Below are positions 1 through 8,729 of a DNA stretch of 25,018 nt, piece by piece; within the stretch, counting starts at the first letter, position 1; the number at the start of each line of letters is the position of its first letter. A model generated the notes under the pieces. It was given only the letters and a program-made list of their open reading frames with translations, did no database searches and was not told the DNA's origin. The translations under genes were made by a program, and so were the position numbers. The stretch is from Candidatus Thorarchaeota archaeon (lineage in GTDB: Archaea; Asgardarchaeota; Thorarchaeia; Thorarchaeales; Thorarchaeaceae). The stretch spans positions 19,195-44,212 of the forward strand of contig JBHLRP010000025.1 in the NCBI GenBank assembly GCA_048882485.1, given 5' to 3'.

Positions 1-33
1 TAGCAAACAGTCCCAAGTTAGGAGTATCAAAGC

Positions 34-420
34 ATGCACGAGTTCTCAGCCGCGTGTTCAATAGTAGATGCCGCAGTGCAAGCAGCTGAAGCTCACAATG
101 TGAAGAAAGTCACTGCTGTCAACGTAGAGGTCGGTGAGTTCACTTTTCTAATACCTGAACAGCTTGAGTTCAACTTTGAGATAGCAAGCAAGAAGACGAT
201 ACTTGAGGGTTCAAAACTGAACATCAAGAAGGTGAGGGGGCGGATCAGATGTCAGCAATGTGCACACGAAGGTGAAGCCCAGATGCAGGATGAGACTCCT
301 TCACAGGTTGCAATGTTCGCCCCGATGAAATGTCCAAAATGTCAGAGCAGTGCAACTGTGATTATTGGCGGAAAAGACTTTGTTATCTCGAATATTGAAG
401 CTGAGGTCGCCGCTCCATAG
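34..420 (+). CDS. hypA: Hydrogenase maturation nickel metallochaperone HypA
   Basis: N-terminal MHE motif, two CxxC pairs (CQQC, CPKC), C-terminal GGKDFVI; GGAG upstream of the ATG. Confidence 0.95.
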   Translation: MHEFSAACSIVDAAVQAAEAHNVKKVTAVNVEVGEFTFLIPEQLEFNFEIASKKTILEGSKLNIKKVRGRIRCQQCAHEGEAQMQDETPSQVAMFAPMKCPKCQSSATVIIGGKDFVISNIEAEVAAP

Positions 421-502
421 ATTTTAGATGCATTTCTAACAATAATACGAAACACACAAAAAGCCAACAAGGTGCCGCTGATTGGCTTTGCGAGGGAGTC
501 AA

Positions 503-1276
503 ATGAACGAAGACCAGGTTGAAACGATTGAACTTGAATCATTCAAATCGACTAGTTCCTCCAAGATCATCGCAGTTGGTGCCATATTATCAGCAGTGTA
601 TGCTGTAGCCGTTTTCCTTCCTATGAGCCAGTTCATTGGAACGGGGTCTGGAAGCGTCCTGAGTTTTGCGATATGCATTGCTCCCCTATTTGGTCTAGTA
701 CTTGGCCCTCGTTATGGTTTTGTCTTTGGGGGAATTGCAGGTGTTCTGGCAACAATAGTGTCCATTCAGTTCGGAGCTCTATATCTTCTCGTTCCAACGA
801 TAATCATTGGCCCAGCCCTCTCTGGCCTACTGACTGGACTATGTCTCCAACCGGTCACGGTCATCGACGTTCAGGGCATCGACGTTCCTGGACCCATGAT
901 AACTGCAGGTTATCTGTTCATTGTAATCCTTCTGTACCTGCTACCATTGTACGATGCATGGTGGTTTATTCTACCGTATGCACTAGCCGCACTGGTAGCG
1001 GTCATTCTTCAGCTATCCAAGTTTCGTTTCGACTCAACGGTTTCATTTTCAAGAATCCCCCTCCAAATACTACCTCTAACTCTTATAGGGTCCTTTACAG
1101 ACTATTCGATGATGACGATGGGCGCAGTCTACCTCCTCAATCTCGATGCTTTTGTCTTTGGCACTCTTATTTTTCCAGTGATGCTTGTCGAACGGACCTT
1201 GTCGGTAATCATCAGTGCGATAATAGCAGGTGTGCTGTTCACAGCCTTTAGGAATGAGCTGTTTGTGGAAGCCTAA
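503..1276 (+). CDS. Polytopic membrane protein, ECF-transporter S-component-like
   Basis: About 7-8 hydrophobic segments; GAILSAVYA and APLFGLVLGPRYGFVFGGIAG resemble S-component motifs. ATG 503 follows GAGGGAG and is preferred to the track's TTG 482. Confidence 0.6.
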   Translation: MNEDQVETIELESFKSTSSSKIIAVGAILSAVYAVAVFLPMSQFIGTGSGSVLSFAICIAPLFGLVLGPRYGFVFGGIAGVLATIVSIQFGALYLLVPTIIIGPALSGLLTGLCLQPVTVIDVQGIDVPGPMITAGYLFIVILLYLLPLYDAWWFILPYALAALVAVILQLSKFRFDSTVSFSRIPLQILPLTLIGSFTDYSMMTMGAVYLLNLDAFVFGTLIFPVMLVERTLSVIISAIIAGVLFTAFRNELFVEA

Positions 1277-1316
1277 GGACAATTCAGACGAAAACACTTC
1301 AGTCTAAGGATGTCAG

Positions 1317-1694
1317 CTAAATCAGAACTGCGTTAAGAATACCATCTTGTCCGGGTCTGCTTGTGACCTTAGCACGACCCTTCTCAGTCTTGATAATGGT
1401 GCCTCTAGTGATGACCTTGCGGCGTTGGTAGTCCATGCTGGCTGGATTCATCTCTACGTCCTGAATCTCTACACGATAGGTCTCTTTCTTCTTTGGGTCT
1501 GTGACATTCACCATTTGGGCTCTGAGAGCTGGACTCTTTGTCTTCAAGCCTTTGCTCTGTATGAGCTTCCTCTTGGTATCTCCAATTACTGTTTCAGTAG
1601 GAGTGCGGCCCATCTGATGCTTTCTCTTTCCTCTGAATCGCTTGAGCCTTGCACCTGTTTTCGTGCGACCTGATCGTCTATGCCAGACACCCAT
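1317..1694 (-). CDS. rps8e: 30S ribosomal protein S8e
   Basis: RSGRTKTGA, RKHQMGR and VTSRPGQDGILNAVL motifs; 125 aa; GAGGT SD upstream. Confidence 0.97.
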   Translation of the reverse strand: MGVWHRRSGRTKTGARLKRFRGKRKHQMGRTPTETVIGDTKRKLIQSKGLKTKSPALRAQMVNVTDPKKKETYRVEIQDVEMNPASMDYQRRKVITRGTIIKTEKGRAKVTSRPGQDGILNAVLI

Positions 1695-1845
1695 TTCTGA
1701 CTACCTCTTAGTTGGGTCACTGTCGCTCACTGCAGAGTGGTTTTAAGTCTTGCTTACTGGCCAAGATACTGTGGATACTGACCCGTCCGAATAGTCCGTT
1801 TCAAATACCACAAGCGGCTTTGATAATCTCAGCGGAGGCAGAATA

Positions 1846-2859
1846 ATGACACGAATCGAGACCGCACACGGTGCTGGTGGAAAGGTGATGCAACGCCTAC
1901 TAGAGGATGTGATAATTCCTTCATTCAGTCATAGAAGAGTCGGAACAATAGGTCTCGATGAGATGGATGATGGTGCTACGCTCCAAATCGACGACGCTAG
2001 GTTCATTGTGTGTACGGATGCTCATACCGTTCATCCATTGTTCTTTCCAGGTGGCAACATTGGAACACTCACAGCCTGCGGCACAGTGAACGACCTGGCA
2101 GTGATGGGTGCGCAACCAGTGGCTATGACGAACACAGTCATTGTGGAAGAGGGATTTGAGATTGACACATTACAAAGTATCCTCAAGTCATTGAATGAAG
2201 TGATTGAACCCATTGGTATAGCGATGATTGCTGGCGATACAAAGGTCATGCCCAAAGGTACGCTTGACAGACTTGTGATGTCTACAACCGGCATTGGAGT
2301 CATCTACGGAAATGGGCCTGTGGCAGATAGCGGAGCCCAACTAGGTGACGACATCATCGTGACGGGGCCAATAGGCGATCATGGGACATCTCTTCTTGCT
2401 CATAGAGAGGGGCTAGAGTTTGGCACCGACCTTACAAGCGATGTTGCACCATTATGGGACCCAATTCGGTCCTGCCTAGATGTGGGCGGAGTGCATTCAA
2501 TGAAGGACCCCACACGCGGAGGCACGGCAGTTGCATTGAATGAGATAGCATCCAAGTCCGGGGTAGAATTCGAGATACAGGAGAGTTGGATCCCTCTACG
2601 ACCAGCAGTGGTTTCTTTGTGCGAGATTCTCGGATTGGATGCACTGCACATGAGTTGCGAAGGCACTGCGGTCATGACGGTTGACTCTTCAAAGACAGAT
2701 GATATCTTGCGAGCTTTGAGAACGCATGAAACAACAATGGACTGTCGTGTAATAGGAAAGGTGAATGAGGGCAGTCCTCGAGTTGTCATGAAGACAGAAA
2801 TTGGTGGGAGAAAGATAGTGCAGGTTCCCTACGGAGAGCCAATACCGCGGGTGTGCTAG
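1846..2859 (+). CDS. hypE: Hydrogenase maturation carbamoyl dehydratase HypE
   Basis: AHGAGG, GTVNDLAVMGA, GDTKV, MKDPTRGG and the C-terminal PRVC. Confidence 0.97.
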   Translation: MTRIETAHGAGGKVMQRLLEDVIIPSFSHRRVGTIGLDEMDDGATLQIDDARFIVCTDAHTVHPLFFPGGNIGTLTACGTVNDLAVMGAQPVAMTNTVIVEEGFEIDTLQSILKSLNEVIEPIGIAMIAGDTKVMPKGTLDRLVMSTTGIGVIYGNGPVADSGAQLGDDIIVTGPIGDHGTSLLAHREGLEFGTDLTSDVAPLWDPIRSCLDVGGVHSMKDPTRGGTAVALNEIASKSGVEFEIQESWIPLRPAVVSLCEILGLDALHMSCEGTAVMTVDSSKTDDILRALRTHETTMDCRVIGKVNEGSPRVVMKTEIGGRKIVQVPYGEPIPRVC

Positions 2860-2874
2860 ATGTCTCTCTCCATA

Positions 2875-3435
2875 CTAGATTCCCAAGTCTGCTCTGGCTT
2901 CGATTTCCTGCTGATCCTGTAGAATCTTTTTCATTTGATGGCGAAGCTGTGCCTTAAGCCTGATTCTATCATGGTCGAGACCAAAATAATCAGCAAAGAG
3001 GGTCGTAGTCTTCAGCAATTTACTCCTTCCCTCAGGGACCGCCTCAATGAACTTCTTCTCAATCAGTTCTTTGATGTGGTCATAGCAGTGAGTCCCCCTC
3101 TCAGCCACAAGCTCTGATTGTAGGATGGGCTGCTTTAGGGCCACATAAACCAGTGTTTGAAGCGTGGCGAATGATAGAAGTCCGCCTGGGATGAGCTTCG
3201 CGACATGGGGAGTCAATTCAGGCCTGAGTTGCATCACCCATCGCTCTCGGGGAAGCTCCACAACCTCAAGTGCTCCCTTTCGTTTGTTGTACATATGACC
3301 AATCTCTTCCAACACTCGTTTTGTAGAGGACTCGGCTTTTCCTAAGACCGCAGCCAGCTCCTCTATTGAAATGGGCCTTCCTGCTACATAGAGGGCAGCC
3401 TCCAGTTTCACCTTGTCATCATCCATAGAACTCAC
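2875..3435 (-). CDS. scpB: SMC-Scp complex subunit ScpB
   Basis: LEAALYVAGRP, TLVYVALKQPI, TTTLFADYFGL; overlaps the scpA stop. Confidence 0.95.
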   Translation of the reverse strand: MSSMDDDKVKLEAALYVAGRPISIEELAAVLGKAESSTKRVLEEIGHMYNKRKGALEVVELPRERWVMQLRPELTPHVAKLIPGGLLSFATLQTLVYVALKQPILQSELVAERGTHCYDHIKELIEKKFIEAVPEGRSKLLKTTTLFADYFGLDHDRIRLKAQLRHQMKKILQDQQEIEARADLGI

Positions 3436-4148
3436 TTCGTTTCAATAGATGGGTGTATCTCATCATCATCCTCAGACGGCGGTGGGGGAGGAAGCATCTT
3501 TACCCAGATGATTTCGTCTTCATCCATCCAGATGTCAATAAACGCTCTTCCATAGAGGTGAAGCAGGGCAAAGAAGACGCGGACAATCTCCCTTCGCGTA
3601 TTGTTCATAAGAATATCAACAAATTTCGCAGTTTCGCCAATCTCCATTATTTTCAAGAGGTCGTCATAGACTTCAGTTATGTTCTCCTCAACGTCTGCCC
3701 GTGTGGTTTCCATTTTGAAGTCCATTGGCTCTATGCTGGGTCGATATCTTTTCTTTCTCGGAATAGCGCGCTGACGGGGACCTTTACTCAGCATTCTGTC
3801 CATCGCTATAAGCAGTTCTTGAAGAGTGACTCGCTGATTGCTCACTCTAAATGGAGGCCGAATCAAAGGAATGACGAGTTCTTCATCATCTGCATCTCTA
3901 TCCGGAGGAAGAATCCCAAGCTCAACGAGTTCACGAGTTTTCCTCATGAAGATGACAGATGCCGAATACAACGCACTTCCTGAGATTCTGAAGTCAATGT
4001 CTCCTAGTCGCTTCATCTCGCGAATGAACCCTGCAACTAGCTTACCGACATCAACATTCCATGGTTTGATTTTATCCAGTTGAAGTACATCAGTGAGGAG
4101 AATATAAGGTGGAGACGCCCAGAATGGTGAGTCCTCTTCCTCACTCAT
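3432..4148 (-). CDS. scpA: Kleisin ScpA
   Basis: IKPWNVDV, IDFRISGSAL, VTLQELL, FFALLHL; lies between smc and scpB with 4-nt overlaps. Confidence 0.92.
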   Translation of the reverse strand: MSEEEDSPFWASPPYILLTDVLQLDKIKPWNVDVGKLVAGFIREMKRLGDIDFRISGSALYSASVIFMRKTRELVELGILPPDRDADDEELVIPLIRPPFRVSNQRVTLQELLIAMDRMLSKGPRQRAIPRKKRYRPSIEPMDFKMETTRADVEENITEVYDDLLKIMEIGETAKFVDILMNNTRREIVRVFFALLHLYGRAFIDIWMDEDEIIWVKMLPPPPPSEDDDEIHPSIETK

Positions 4149-7100
4149 GCTACTTCCGCCACCTCCTCTAAGTCGAGCTTTACGATTCTTGAAATGCCAT
4201 CCTGATTTGACACGCCAACTAGGAGGTCTGCTTTCCTAACTGTCGTCGTTCTCAAAGATACAACAATGAACTGAGATGATTTCGCCATCTCTGCGATAAG
4301 AAGAGCTACATTATGGGCATTGACATCATCTAATGCAGCATCAATCTCATCGAACACATAGAAGCTTGCTGGATTGTACATCTGGATTGCGAATATGAGC
4401 GCAAGACCTGTGATCGTCTTCTCGCCACCACTCATGGCATCTAGGGTCACCAATTCTTTTCCTCTCGGCTTGGATCTAACGGTGATGCCGCCCATAAGTG
4501 GATGTTCTGGATTTTCAAGCATGAGTGTCGCCTCACCACCAGGCGAGAGCTTGGCAAAGACCTTTGCGAAGTTGTCTGCAATGTCATTGTAGACCTGGAG
4601 GAATTTTCTGGTCTTCTCAGCTTCAATCTCTTCCATAAAGGCAAGAATCTCCTTGTGCTCCTCTTCAAGTCGAGTCTTCTTGTCAACAATCTCCTCGTAT
4701 TGGTCTTTCTCGATATCATAATCTGTGAGAGCCTTCAAGTTGACAGGTCCTAGCACATCGAGCTCTCTCTCGAATTCCTTTATCTTGTCGTCGAAGGCAT
4801 CAATCTCCTTGTAAGTCAGCTCCGGCTCTTTCGCCTTCTTAGCCATCTCTTCACTGGCATCCGCTAGTTCATTCAGTTCAGCTATGAGTCCAACTAAGTC
4901 GCTTTCAAGTCTTGATTGCTCAGTCTGAAGCCTATAGACTGCCTTCTCATTCGCAGTCTGTTCCTCTCGAATCTCCTCATGACGGAATCTGAGGTTTCGG
5001 AGATGTTCTTTCAACTCAAGCTGGCGAACTCGTTTGTCTTTCACCGCTTCGTCTATTTTCTCACGTTCGGCCTTCAGCTTCTCGAAGTCCTGTTCTTTCC
5101 CCTTCACATCAGATTGTAACGCATCTACTCGGTTCTCTAGGTCTGGAATACCCTTCTGTACTGTCTTCAGGCGCACATCTAACTCGGTGAGCTTTGGCTT
5201 GAGACGTTCATCCAGTGCTACTTTCAGACCAGTTATTTCGCTTGTTAGAACCTCGCGTTCCTGGTTGTGGTGATTGAGAACCTCTTTGAGATCTTTTAGA
5301 TACTGCGTTAGTTTAGCGGTGTCGGATGTAGCTAAGGTTTCATTGGCCTCATCTCTTTGTTCTCTGACCCTCTCTCTGTGCTCTGACAGTTCAGAGTTTC
5401 TCTCCTGAAGCTCTGAAATCTGAGTTTCGAGTTCCTTGATTGTAACTTGTGCCTTCTCAATCCTTTCCTTGAGAAGGGCAGTCCTATTCTCCTTCTCTTC
5501 CAATCGTTCTTCAAGTCCTTCTAGATCGAGCTTCGCTCTATAGTTGTTCTTCGAGAGGTCTTGAATCTCTAGGTCCAGCTTGCTCTTTTCCTTTTGAAGG
5601 CTATCCTGCTTACTGCGTAACTCCGCCAATATTTCACTCAGTCCCTTGAGACGTTTGGCTATCTCTGGACTGGTGTCTTCCAATTGAAGGGAGAGACCGG
5701 TTGCAGGTTTGTAATAGTGACCGCCAGTAATCAGACCTGATCGTTCAACCAGATCGCCCTCTAGTGATACTGCTCTACGCCCCTTGAATCCCATTACCTT
5801 TGCGGTTTCAAAGTCCTCCGTGACTAATGTGTCCTGGAAAACAAACTCGAAGGCTGGTCGCATTTTTTCATCGAATTTTACAAGGTCAATCGCCAGACCT
5901 ATGACTCCTCTGTCATGAGGGACTTTCCCTGGCTTTTTGGTGCTAATTCTATTAAGGGGGATGAATGAAGCTCTACCGACCTTCTCAATCTTAAGTATGT
6001 TAACACATTTAGTGGCCACATTGTCATCCTCTACCACAATATGAGTGAGCCTGCTCCCTCCAGCGATTTCCATGGCTGAGGCATACTCAGAGTCGATTGT
6101 ACCCAGCTCAGCTACTGTTCCATGGATGCCTTCTATAGTCTTTGAGTCACGGAGTTCGAGAATTCGACGGATTGCACGTTGTCGCTTTAGGAATGCTTCT
6201 TCAGCCTCTTTCAAGGCATCCTGTCGCGCCTGGACGCGAATCAGTTCCTCTTTTGTCTTCTCGACTATCTGGGCTGATTCTCGAACCTGCGCTCCGACAT
6301 TCTTGAGATTGTTCTCAATTCTCACGACTTCAGTTCTCTTATTCTCTTCACTCTCTTCAGCTTGCTTGAGGGTTTCGCGTCTTTCAGGTATCACTCTGCG
6401 GAGGTCTGACAGCTCCTCTTCCGTCTTTTCCAGCATCTCTGTCGAATCGCGAAGCTCCTCATAGGTCATTCCAAGCTCTTTGCTATCGGTCTTTATGGCT
6501 GAACGAACCTCAGACACACCTTCATCAAGCGCTCTCATCTGATTGTTGAGATCCTGCAGCCTTAGGGTGATTTCAAATGATGTTGCCTGTTCCTTCTCTA
6601 TTCGATCCTCCAATCCGCTAATCTTGTTTGTACAGCTCAGTATCTCATCATCCAATCTAGCAAGCTCTTGATCCTTCTCCTTGATGAGTGCCTCTGAACC
6701 ACTCACTTGGTCTTGAATTGATTGAATCTCAACCTCAACAGAATTTCGTTCTTCCATCTTCGTGTTGTATTCGCCCTGCACACGTTCAAGATCTGCTCTT
6801 GCATGGTCTAAAGCAGCTGAAACAACTCCGTATTGCTCTGAGATTCTGGCAGAGTCTCCACCTGTTATTTGGTCAATTTCTCCATCAATGTTCTCGATCT
6901 CAAGGTCTGTGTCACTAATGCCTTGTTCAACTTCAACGAGTTCCCTAGAGAGATTCTCCGCCTCTTCTGCTCTTTCGGCCAGAGTCTCTTGGATAGTTTC
7001 AATCCTGCTCTTTCCTTTGATAGTCCGCCAAGCTATGCTGTCGATTCTGACCTGTTCTATTTGCTTGTGAAGACTCTGATGTCTGCGGGCGTCCGTCATT

Positions 7101-7735
7101 TCCTCCTCAAGCTTTTCCAGCTGGCGCCTTCGTTCCTGAAGCTGCATCTCGACTTTTCCGAGATTGGTTTCACTCTCTGCGAGCCTCTTGAGCGCGCGTT
7201 CCTTCTGTTCATCGTATGCAGATATTCCTGCAATCTCTTCTACTAGCTTACGTCTATCTGTGGGGCTTACTTTCACAATCTGTGCAATCTCTCCTTGTAG
7301 AACCAGATTGTATCCGTTGGGATCGACACCAATTGCCCCTAGGACCTCTATGACCTGCGTTCTTGTTACAACTTTGCCATTGATTCGGCAAGTAGATTTG
7401 CCGGAATCATCCAGCTCTCTCTCAATCATAACTTTGTCTGAGTCTATCTGTAACTTTCTATCTCTGTTATCAAAATGAAGCTCTACGGTGGCAGACTTGG
7501 CTTTTGGAGGCATATCCGGTTTTGGTGGCGAATACAGAAGGTCCGAGAAGACGTTTGCACGAAGTGTCTTTGCACTCAGCTGACCAAGAACAAACAATAC
7601 CGCATCGATGACGTTTGACTTACCTGATCCATTTGGTCCAACAATACACGTGAAGCCCTCGTTGAGTCTGATGGTGACTGTGTCTCGTCCAAATGACTTG
7701 AAGCCCTTGCATACTAGCTTCTCTATGTGGACCAA
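4145..7735 (-). CDS. smc: Chromosome segregation protein SMC
   Basis: GFKSF, Walker A GPNGSGKS, hinge (GIHGTVAEL...GRASFIPL...GLITGG), signature MSGGEK, Walker B/D-loop FDEIDAALD; TTG start. Confidence 0.98.
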   Translation of the reverse strand: MVHIEKLVCKGFKSFGRDTVTIRLNEGFTCIVGPNGSGKSNVIDAVLFVLGQLSAKTLRANVFSDLLYSPPKPDMPPKAKSATVELHFDNRDRKLQIDSDKVMIERELDDSGKSTCRINGKVVTRTQVIEVLGAIGVDPNGYNLVLQGEIAQIVKVSPTDRRKLVEEIAGISAYDEQKERALKRLAESETNLGKVEMQLQERRRQLEKLEEEMTDARRHQSLHKQIEQVRIDSIAWRTIKGKSRIETIQETLAERAEEAENLSRELVEVEQGISDTDLEIENIDGEIDQITGGDSARISEQYGVVSAALDHARADLERVQGEYNTKMEERNSVEVEIQSIQDQVSGSEALIKEKDQELARLDDEILSCTNKISGLEDRIEKEQATSFEITLRLQDLNNQMRALDEGVSEVRSAIKTDSKELGMTYEELRDSTEMLEKTEEELSDLRRVIPERRETLKQAEESEENKRTEVVRIENNLKNVGAQVRESAQIVEKTKEELIRVQARQDALKEAEEAFLKRQRAIRRILELRDSKTIEGIHGTVAELGTIDSEYASAMEIAGGSRLTHIVVEDDNVATKCVNILKIEKVGRASFIPLNRISTKKPGKVPHDRGVIGLAIDLVKFDEKMRPAFEFVFQDTLVTEDFETAKVMGFKGRRAVSLEGDLVERSGLITGGHYYKPATGLSLQLEDTSPEIAKRLKGLSEILAELRSKQDSLQKEKSKLDLEIQDLSKNNYRAKLDLEGLEERLEEKENRTALLKERIEKAQVTIKELETQISELQERNSELSEHRERVREQRDEANETLATSDTAKLTQYLKDLKEVLNHHNQEREVLTSEITGLKVALDERLKPKLTELDVRLKTVQKGIPDLENRVDALQSDVKGKEQDFEKLKAEREKIDEAVKDKRVRQLELKEHLRNLRFRHEEIREEQTANEKAVYRLQTEQSRLESDLVGLIAELNELADASEEMAKKAKEPELTYKEIDAFDDKIKEFERELDVLGPVNLKALTDYDIEKDQYEEIVDKKTRLEEEHKEILAFMEEIEAEKTRKFLQVYNDIADNFAKVFAKLSPGGEATLMLENPEHPLMGGITVRSKPRGKELVTLDAMSGGEKTITGLALIFAIQMYNPASFYVFDEIDAALDDVNAHNVALLIAEMAKSSQFIVVSLRTTTVRKADLLVGVSNQDGISRIVKLDLEEVAEVA

Positions 7736-7882
7736 GACGCTCCCTTCCCGGCTCTAGACGATTGTCATGTGATAGGCATGTCTGTTGTACAGCCTTGATA
7801 TTACACAGCCCTAAATATGATTGGTACTACCTGGGTAATACCTTTGCCTTATTCAGGTGTGCCTGTGCATCTTCGACTAGCC

Positions 7883-7899
7883 AAAAAAGTCCAAAAAAA
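7883..7899 (-). terminator. Oligo(T) terminator of the roadblock gene
   Basis: Tandem T7 and T6 tracts on the minus strand about 30 nt after the stop at 7931. Confidence 0.55.
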
Positions 7900-7930
7900 G
7901 GTAACTCTGTAGCATTTTGAATACAGAAAG

Positions 7931-8293
7931 TCAGCTGACCATTGCCATCAAAGCTCGTTTGAGAGCCATTCTAAGCAGTCCCATGGACTCGCGAGCTCCT
8001 TCTCCCGCAATTCCAGCAAGAACAACCTTTACGTCGCCTAGAATCACAATGTAGCCATTGTCGGCCGCGACTGATACCTCTTTCAACCCTCCCTTGTCGA
8101 GACCGCTGGATAGTTGCGAGGAGTTTCCAGCAATCTTGACTGCGAGGTTTGCGACATCCGAATGTTTGATGCCCCCACTGATAGTATGACCAAAAATCAC
8201 CTTCCCCTTGGCATCGCATACCACTATGCCCTCTAGGTTCTCATTGGCCGCCATTGTATCGGCAATCACTTGTTTTACCTTTTCTTCATCCAC
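7931..8293 (-). CDS. Roadblock/LC7 (LAMTOR2/MglB-like) domain protein, ~120 aa
   Basis: LEGIVVCDAKGKVI, GGLKEVSVAADNGYIVI, SMGLLRMALK. GTG at 8293 is preceded by GGAGAG; the track's longer N-terminus overlaps the divergent ORF. Confidence 0.8.
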   Translation of the reverse strand: MDEEKVKQVIADTMAANENLEGIVVCDAKGKVIFGHTISGGIKHSDVANLAVKIAGNSSQLSSGLDKGGLKEVSVAADNGYIVILGDVKVVLAGIAGEGARESMGLLRMALKRALMAMVS

Positions 8294-8432
8294 TTTGACA
8301 TACTCTCCGTGGGCACTGCCTCTTTGATTTGGTGCTGTTCTTCTAAAAACCGTTTCTCCTATAAATGGGAGTATTTCATTCGACTCCTTTCTGGAGAAAA
8401 ATAGATGAGGATGCGAGGGAAATATCTTTGAC

Positions 8433-8627
8433 ATGGACGAGGTTGAGATTCGTGATTTCATGAAGTATCTGTTGATAATCGAAATCCTGTTCTTCATACC
8501 GGGAGGGGTCATCGTGACAAACATGCACCCTCTATGGATGCAACAAATGGTCTATACTCTTTTCCTGAGTATTATTGTCACAGGTGCCGTCTACGTGTTG
8601 GTGTCCAGAAGAATCGAGAGGTACTAA
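8433..8627 (+). CDS. Small two-TM membrane protein (64 aa)
   Basis: Two hydrophobic segments and a basic C-terminal tail (SRRIERY); fills the gap upstream of the Sec23/24-like gene. Confidence 0.6.
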   Translation: MDEVEIRDFMKYLLIIEILFFIPGGVIVTNMHPLWMQQMVYTLFLSIIVTGAVYVLVSRRIERY

Positions 8628-8729
8628 TCAGATTCAAACCACCGGAATTGAGGATTGGTGCATGATTTTCATAGCTTAGGTTAAATACGTAAATGTGAAC
8701 CTAGTCCCAAGACTTTTGGAGTCGATTTT

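Noticed and set aside
4374-7478. Multiple short ORFs within smc (and similar ones within hypE, uppS, dys)
   Set aside because: Antisense or alternate-frame shadows of well-supported genes.
8294-8524. N-terminal extension of the minus-strand roadblock ORF
   Set aside because: Overlaps the divergent gene, has non-protein-like composition, and an SD sits at the downstream GTG.
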